A stretch of 57,438 bases of DNA, counting the filler, from Catajapyx aquilonaris (lineage: Eukaryota), in assembly GCA_000934665.2 (NCBI GenBank). It is 4 parts of 4 records of this genome, joined end to end, with 100 filler letters (N's around TTAATTAATTAA, not from the genome) between each part and the next. Parts side by side here need not be neighbours in the genome. Positions count along the whole stretch, not along the records: positions 43,163 to 57,438 come from KZ539740.1; 3 more parts are not named here. One strand, 5' to 3'. The notes under the pieces are model-generated. The model searched no databases. It was not told the DNA's origin and worked only from the letters and a program-made list of their open reading frames with translations. Below, piece by piece: positions 50,226 to 57,438 of this stretch (the first letter of the stretch is position 1; the number at the start of each line of letters is the position of its first letter). Both the position numbers and the translations under genes were made by a program.

Positions 50226-51376
50226 AAACTCCCAAGTCCAAGAGTCCATACTTTACGGGGCACCCTGTACGGAGGGAACATGTTTACATAAACGATCACG
50301 TGGGAGCAACGTGACCTTGGCATATACGACTCAACTTGGCGGGAACAGGGGGGAATCTGGAGTTGCTATGGTGGTTGAGTCACCATCCAAGAAATGGCAG
50401 GAGCACATGGAACCGGGTTTGGCACCGTAAAGTTCGCCTTCTCTATGCACATCCTCCAGGGCTAAATTCACAAACCATCAGGACATCCTAATATTATGAT
50501 GTATTAGCCGTCAAAGGTTTAATATAAGGAGGGGGGAGGTTGGGGGGAGGGGAGTATGATGAGGATAATTGTTGGGTGAGCATCATTAAAAACATGGCCC
50601 ACACTGCAGGCCGCAGGCCTAGAAAACAGCGAGCGAAGCGAGTGGTTTTCTAGGCTTTAGCTTTAATCTGAGTAGTTTTTACTATCATACGATGTCTGCC
50701 ATATTGGATCACCCATTTTGAATTATTAAATTTTAACACCATACTAGAAAAACCCTCGCTCCGCTCGAATTTTTCTATGGCACAGGCGTAGAAAATCGCT
50801 CGCTTCGCTCACGTTTTTCTACGCCTGCGGTGGACACCGCATTTTAAATCGCTTCCGACTTATAGCCAGTGATGATGCCCATCCCCCAATCATATGTGTA
50901 CTCCCACCCCACCTGTTCCTCCGTCCGTGATTCTGAACTGTTATCCACGATTCCGTACTACCTTGCAAACCGTCTGAAATCCCACCTTTGCATTGCATTG
51001 GCTGGGAAATACTCTGCATGCATTTGCTCACCTCAACATACCAATTCCTTTTGAATTTTTAAACACCCCAATAAATTATTGTACGAACAGAAATTCACAA
51101 CCTCTACCGCCTCTACTCGCATGCACTCATCGCACACATGTATCTAAATTTTATGTTATGCACACTTTCCGACCAGGTTTTGTAACTGCTCATAATCATA
51201 ACTCCCCTTTATTATAAACATCCATGGGACTCTGCAGAAAGACGATCAAGTAAGACTGATTTCATTATTCTTCCCGACAATTTCTTTTGATATTCTCGAC
51301 CTATTCCCGGGTTCAGTGTTGAATATCGCAGCCAATCCTGCTTACAAACTCTCCCTGCGGTGTTGACAGGAGGTTG

Positions 51377-51642
51377 GTTTGGTTTGGTTTATTAGGAAGA
51401 AGCCAAAGCAACTATGGCTATCTGGCTGTAGAAGAAGCAAAGGTGGGACAGATGGAGGGAGAAACGAAGAGGAAAAAGAAGAGAGGAAAGACTGGTATCT
51501 CTCTTAGTCTGTCTCCTATCCCAAAGACCTGTCCGGCTTGGGAGGCCCTACCAGTAGACGAAGCTACCGCCGGCATAGCTCTTGGGGTCACGGGAGAAAC
51601 GCAAACCCCACCACCACGATAAGGTGGAGATACCATCGGGGG
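51377..51642 (-). mobile_element. 266-bp non-autonomous retroposon without tRNA head; structured 5' domain, (AAACC)n tail
   Basis: 12-bp TSD GACAGGAGGTTG; 5' domain enclosed by TGGTATCTC/GAGATACCA; pyrimidine tract; 3' stem AGCCA...TGGCT; AATAAA; second copy at 33325. Confidence 0.88.
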
Positions 51643-51665
51643 GACAGGAGGTTGACCTTCTTTAA

Positions 51666-52495
51666 CCCTTTGACGACTACGGACATCATAATTATGATGT
51701 CTTGAGATTTGCCCTGACAACTTGGGACATTTTTCAACTCGTAAAACTCCGACCTCACCGATGTTCTTGAAATTCGGTGCATTGGTAGCCCACCCCAAGG
51801 GATGAAAACGCACCTATAGTTACCTGCTCGAAATTGACCCACATTTGAGGGGGGCATATGTCAATGCACCGAATTTCAAGAAAATCGGTGAGGGCGGAAT
51901 TTGACCTCTGCCCCCCTCCAATATGGGTCGCAGGGTACTTTTGGGCTTATGTCGGGTTTACAGGCCATTCGCCGAATCAATTAGGAAACAGTATACCTGC
52001 GGCTTGCTGACCCTTTGAATCGTTGTTTTCCTACTGGATTTGAAGTTGGGGGAGTGACCAGCAGGGACCCCGGAATTAATTCCTCGAGCTGAAGCAGAAT
52101 GCAGATGGGAGCGTTGCTGTCATTGTTGCCGAATCGTATGTTGCTAGGTGATGAACAAACACAACGATGAAAATGTGGAAATCGTGACTAATTGATTCGG
52201 CGAATGGCCTGTAAACTCGACTTCTGCCGGTGCGTTTTTCATCCCTTAGGGTGGGCTACGATTGCACCGAATTTCAAGCAAATCGGTGAGGTCGGAATTT
52301 CATGACTTGACCTCTGCCCCCCTCAAAAATGGGTCACGCGGTCATTTTGATCAGGTAACGATAGGTAATCCGGGCAGTCCGCGGATTATTATTCATTAAA
52401 AATATCACTCTTCATCAAATTTCCGGAAAAGGGGAAAAAGAACTCAGGCCCTGGGGTAAGTAAGGCAATGGCTCAAAAACTCCGCCGTCAAAAGG
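51666..52495. mobile_element. piggyBac-type non-autonomous element (relative of 5334-6213) with a nested palindromic insertion at 51951-52221
   Basis: TTAA|CCCTTTGACG...CGTCAAAAGG; same subrepeats; insert has arms GTCGGGTTTACAGGCCATTCGCCGAATCAATTAG. Confidence 0.8.
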
Positions 52496-52566
52496 TAAAA
52501 AAATTGAAATTATTTTGCTTTATAAACGTCCACGGCCAGTTGGCAGTTTGGCACCACTGCACTGAT

Positions 52567-52886
52567 CAGGCGCGGATCCAGAAATGTTTTCAGGGGGGGG
52601 GCACAAGGGTATAGGTTGGGGGGGGGGGNNNNNNNNNNNNNNNNNNNNNNNNNNNNNNNNNNNNNNNNNNNNNNNNNNNNNNNNNNNNNNNNNNNNNNNN
52701 NNNNNNNNNNNNNNNNNNNNNNNNNNNNNNNNNNNNNNNNNNNNNNNNNNNNNNNNNNNNNNNNNNNNNNNNNNNNNNNNNNNNNNNNNNNNNNNNNNNN
52801 NNNNNNNNNNNNNNNNNNNNNNNNNNNNNNNNNNNNNNNNNNNNNNNNNNNNNNCCCCCCCCCCCCTCCCCCTGGATCCGCGCCTG
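52567..52886. mobile_element. hAT MITE spanning an N-gap
   Basis: CAGGCGCGGATCCAG...CTGGATCCGCGCCTG with 8-bp TSD GCACTGAT. Confidence 0.88.
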
Positions 52887-53859
52887 GCACTGATTAACAA
52901 CGATCGACCGTAGTGTCCAATGTTCGGCTTGTTTACGGCTTCCATTTCCCCCTCCCCTGTTGTGAGGTCACCGTGAAGAAGACGTGGGTAGAAGGGTATA
53001 GGTGGAAGGGGCAGAGGGGTCTTCGCGGGAGGCGTCCTCGTTGACGTCCAGCAAGCGACTGAGGCTTTCTCCCACCCATTGCGCATGCTCGTAACGGGGG
53101 CCAATCGGAGGCGTCGTGGTAACAATGCGCCATGGATACGACGCAGCAACAATGGACGGGGGCCAATGGGAAGAGGTGGCGGCAACAATAGGGGGGCGGA
53201 CCAATCAGAGGGATTGGTCAAGCAACGCAAGCATTTTAATATTATAGATTTGAATTATTCTATTTGGAAAACCCCCAAATCCAAATTTTCTATTTAATCC
53301 GAGTAATTTTTCTGTCAAATGTCTGCCATTTTGCAGCCGCCATTTTGAATTTTGAATTGTTTAGCAACGTGTTTGAATTTCTGGACCATGAAAACCCCAG
53401 AATCGTGCATTTTGTCAAGAAATTGTAATTTTCTGACATTTGGACACCTTTTTTTCAATTTGGTAGGCCTATTACCTCGCCTATTACTGTGTGCTGGTCG
53501 GTTCACGTAAGGTGTCTCGTCATGGTGGAGCTTCAAAACCCGGTAAGGTTCATATCTGTAACTGCTTTCGTTTTCAAATGAAAAGGGTGGGACACTCTGG
53601 TCAAAAATGGGGTCTGGGGGGAGGGGGGGGGGTTATCGTTCGCCTTTTGTTTCTCTTCCCTTCTCGTGATTTTTGAGTCATCTGCATACCTCGACAAAAT
53701 GTACACCGATAGAGCTTCAAAAATAGGTAAAGGTCATCTTTGTAACCTTTCAAATTTTCGAATGAAACAGACGCGAAATTACAACCGCTTTTTGCAGGGG
53801 GCCGTATTATTATGTCCGACATCATTCTGTATGTAGGCTATGAAATTTATAGAAGAAAG

Positions 53860-54030
53860 CGAAGTTCTCGTTTTTTTAAAAATTGAAGCTCATGAACAAT
53901 TATACCTTAGAAGTACGATGGCAGAGGAAATACTCAGGGAACTCGTCATCCTGAACATAGAAAATGCTTGGGCAAGGAAGGTGGATATCTCTTACGCAAT
54001 TGACATTTTTTGCACGAAAAAAAACCTATA
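53860..54030 (+). pseudogene. hAT transposase C-terminal dimerisation-domain remnant
   Basis: KLKLM..YLRSTMAEEILRELVILNIE...DISYAIDIFCTKK motif, frameshifted. Confidence 0.7.
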
Positions 54031-54716
54031 CATATAATGTGACAGCTTTTCGGTGCGTAGACGCATGTATTTTTATTTCATTACTCAATTAACCTTCTAC
54101 ACTGATAAGTGATATTGGCATGTTACAGAAAGTGTTGTAATGTGTAGGCTACGTTACTAACTTGTACTATTGATATGTTCCGGGAGAAGGATAAAATGGA
54201 GGGGCCTCCTCGTACCTTGTGAATGAAAATGGATCAGACATGGCTCCTTTTGTTGTCTCTCTCTCTGTAGACCTCTCTCTTGGAAATAAACTTGTTCCAG
54301 GTGCTGCTTAGGGCTCTTTGACTCACTCTGTGACGGGGCCGCTTGCCAGACCGTACGTGGCTAGCTGATAGATTATAGCGAGGTCGCTACATAGGCGGAG
54401 GGGATTCTGATTGGCCAGAGGCTTTTGTGGTGCAAGTGGGCGGCTGCCATTGGGCAGAAAAGACATGTGTAACCTTTACTGTGGGCGACGAAGGACAGTC
54501 CACAGTAATATACAGAGTTACGTCATGTTTAGATACGGTTGATATAATTTTTATGATGCGCGGTTGCAATATTTGTCACGTGATGTCTGGATAGATGGCG
54601 CTGCTTGCTTACTATACGTGACGATATACATGCTAATATCGTGTGTGTACGTAGTACGTGTGCTTCGATAGATCGGAGAGTTTGGAGACAATATTGGTTT
54701 TTATTATTTCGTAGTA

Positions 54717-55843
54717 GGGGAGACTGGGGCACAGTGGACCACGGGGCACAGTGGACCTTTCCATTTTAAAAATCGAAAAAGCCGCCAAATTTTTTTCATC
54801 TGGTACCTCGTGAAACAAGTCACTGCCATGCTCCTGCCAACATGGCTGGCAACGGCTAGCGATCGATCGATCGATAGATATCCAGCGAAATCGATTTGAA
54901 GCTAAGTGAAGTAAATTACCAACCCACAGTTTAAATGCCTATTCAGGCGTAGATGTTGGGCATGAGTCGGATAAAAAAATGTTGTGGAATAGTGCCGCCC
55001 TTTGTCCATGAATACCGGAAGTTTGGTAAGCCTAACTTGCAATCGAAGTTACAATCATAGCATTATGTCAGTTGCTGCTGTCCGGGGCACAGTGGTCCAG
55101 TCGTTTGCGGGGCACAGTGGTTTATGTACCCGCGAGCATAAAGATGGAGACGGCAAGCCCTCACCTTCGGCAGGCTGCTCTGCCAATCTCAGCTATTACG
55201 GTATCAAATATACTGACATAAATACACGAACACAAGCCTGAAGCAGCTAACTCGGTCCAAAAAGAGTTCATTAATTTGAGCCGGATAAAGAAAGGTCAAA
55301 AAAGGGCCTGCCGTCTCCATCTTTATGCTCGCGGGGGTACCACTGTGTCCCGAAATGAACAGCTGTAAAAAAAAGTGAGACAATTATTTTTAAAAATGTG
55401 AATTAGGTAGAAAAAATTGCAAAACTGTGATTTTGACAAACCACCCTCCAAATGAACAACTGTAAAAAAAAGTGAGAAAATGATTATTTAAATGTGAATT
55501 AGGTAGAAAAAAGGGGCAAAACTGTGATGGTGAAACAGTCCTCAAAATGAACAGCTGTAAAAAATGTTAGGCAATGATAATAAACTTATTGTGTGAATTA
55601 GGGGTCCCAGTCACTTCCGGACCACTGTGCCCCACCTATCGGGGTACAGTGGACCATTTTTAGGGGGTCGCTTCTAATTTTTTTTAAAGTCAAAAGGATG
55701 GCACTGCCTGTGAATATAGTAGTGACTTATATTACCAAGGAGTATCTCCACCATGCCTGAAAATATTGGGTGTGTAGGTATAACAGGTAGGCATATAAAA
55801 ATTCAAATGTGCAAAAGTGGTCCACTGTGCCCCCGGTCTCCCC
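54717..55843. mobile_element. TA-targeting (pogo/Tc1-like) non-autonomous element
   Basis: TA|GGGGAGACTGGGGCACAGTGGACCAC...GTGGTCCACTGTGCCCCGGTCTCCCC|TA; the GGGGCACAGTGG motif recurs internally. Confidence 0.85.
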
Positions 55844-56271
55844 TATTGGCCGTCCTTAGCCCCGATGTGAAGTTGGGTGCAAAGACGTAAATAATGGAAT
55901 AAAATTCAGGGTTGTGAACCGAACCGAACCCTTGCTCCGTGAACCCGATAACATCGAACCCGCTCCGGAGCAGTCGAGTCGGAGTCCGGAGCGAGCGCCG
56001 GAACGGGGTTCAGGTTCTAGCCAGTTCAGGGTAAGAGTGGATCGAAGGTCGGAGCGGGTTCGGAGCGAACGGCTCCGGAGTTGAACCCGGTTCAGGAGCG
56101 GGTTCCGGAGCGGGTTCGGAGCGGTTCAAAGCTTGGTTAGGTACAACATACCAACCAAACAGGGGGAAAGACAGCAATTTACTCCAGAGTATGCAACATG
56201 TTTTCATGGTGGGAGAATGACATTTCCAAGCACCCGCGATACAGGGTGTACAACAAATGTCACATTTTCGT

Positions 56272-56385
56272 ATGCCACAATATTTCATACGCATTTTTGC
56301 ATGCCACAATATTTCATACGCATTTTTGCATGCCACAATATTTCATACGCATTTTTGCATGCCACAATATTTCCTACCCATTTTT
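56272..56385. repeat. 29-bp minisatellite
   Basis: ATGCCACAATATTTCATACGCATTTTTGC, about 3.7 copies. Confidence 0.9.
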
Positions 56386-56727
56386 TGGATGTCACCACCA
56401 ATATATTGATCTGTACCACAGATCTTACTCAAGCAAGTTAATTGTATGTGACATTTTCATGCCATACGCATTTTTGTATGTTACAATATCATATTATTGT
56501 AACATACAAAAAATGTGTATGACATGAGAATGTGACATCCAAAAAAAGGGGGTATGACATATTGTAACATACCAAAATGCGCATGACATGAAAATGTGAC
56601 ATTTGCGGTACACCCTGTATCGCGGGTGCTTGGAAATGTCATTCTTCCACCATGAAAACATGATGCATACTCTGGAGTAAATCCAGCAGTTTTACTGCCT
56701 TTCCCCCTGTTGGGTTGGTATGTTGTA

Positions 56728-56867
56728 TCAACAGTCCAAAAAGAATTGTCCCTTGCGTCGAGCGGGCAGCCACGCGTCAGGATGAAAGGAACCAGTTAAC
56801 TGGTTGCTTTCATCCTGACGCGTGGCTGCCCTCTCGACGCGAGGGACAATTCTTTTTGGACTGTTGA
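56728..56867. mobile_element. 140-bp hairpin MITE inserted in the right arm of the foldback element
   Basis: TA TSD; near-perfect palindrome TCAACAGTCCAAAAAGAATTGTCCC...; the left arm shows the empty site (GTTAGG-TA-CAAC). Confidence 0.9.
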
Positions 56868-57438
56868 TACCTAACCAAGCTTTGAACCGCTCCGAACCCG
56901 CTCCGGAACCCGCTCCTGAACCGGGTTCAACTCCGGAGCCGTTCGCTCCGAACCCGCTCCGACCTTCGATCCACTCTTACCCTGAACTGGCTAGAACCTG
57001 AACCCCGTTCCGGCGCTCGCTCCGGACTCCGACTCGACTGCTCCGGAGCGGGTTCGATGTTATCGGGTTCACGGAGCAAGGGTTCGGTTCGGTTCACAAC
57101 CCTGATAAAATTACCATGGGCTAACGTTTTTCATTAAGAGCGCGCTCTAGGCTACGCGATCCATTTGTTGCGGGAGCCCGTCGCGGGCCGGCCCGTGAGT
57201 GACACTTCTTCCTCTCGCTGTCACGGCCTCAAATATAGAGGTATAGGCATGAAACTGGAGTATCTGGACGCGAAAGAGTTGCACTTTGAGATGGTGCGCT
57301 TATTTTTCTCCTGGGTAAATATTTGCAGCCGCCGCGGCCAGGTACAGTGCTGGACACAATAGCATATAACAAGTGTAAACAACGACTTTGGCGTTACCTG
57401 GCAACTGGTCGTGTTCGGACATCGTCATGTGGAGAGTG

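Larger units (their letters stand above)
55907..57104. mobile_element. 1.2-kb hAT-type foldback element
   Basis: CAGGGTTGTGAACC...GGTTCACAACCCTG with 8-bp TSD ATAAAATT; outer arms of about 237 bp identical by eye. Confidence 0.92.

Noticed and set aside
50600..50835. GCGAGCGAAGCGAG-type small hairpin repeats (similar hairpins near 28810 and 29287)
   Set aside because: Typical of non-autonomous Crypton- or Helentron-like repeats, but the boundaries could not be defined.
51520..51595. Twister-ribozyme-like words (GCTATGCCGG...TCCCAAGCCGGA) in the headless retroposon
   Set aside because: Lacks the UAA cleavage loop and the 3' GAGGG pseudoknot partner; the CCC is better explained by a local GGG-CCT-CCC hairpin.
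56272..56385. 29-bp direct repeats as a CRISPR array
   Set aside because: Head-to-tail with no spacers, in eukaryotic DNA; a minisatellite.

Overview
Eukaryotic DNA from a scaffolded assembly, most likely an arthropod or other invertebrate (inferred from gene and TE families). It has four N-gaps, three of them carrying an artificial TTAATTAATTAA spacer. Splicing exons by hand gives five protein-coding genes that the ORF track mostly misses: (1) a strongly divergent CLASP-like gene that appears to carry only the TOG3-like domain (+, 2278-10002, 3' end uncertain); (2) the 3' half of a thioredoxin-domain single-pass membrane protein gene (-, 28096-28679, cut by a gap); (3) POLR2K/RPB12 (-, 29040-30910, last exon not found and presumably in the gap); (4, 5) two intact tandem DHRS7-like short-chain dehydrogenases (+, 33009-38833 and 40029-42392). 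There is also a divergent but fully paired tRNA-Lys(TTT). The rest is dense, often nested mobile DNA: a degenerate APE-type LINE, a degenerate Utopia/NeSL-like RLE retrotransposon next to Helitron remnants, two tRNA-derived SINE families sharing a middle domain, a 266-bp structured retroposon with no tRNA head, and many MITEs with clean TSDs. The best leads are RNA-structural. One is the headless retroposon, whose 5' domain has a partly HDV-ribozyme-like layout. The other is a 3' stem-loop whose shape but not sequence is shared by the SINEs and LINEs. Family names come from motifs recalled from memory; no database search was run.
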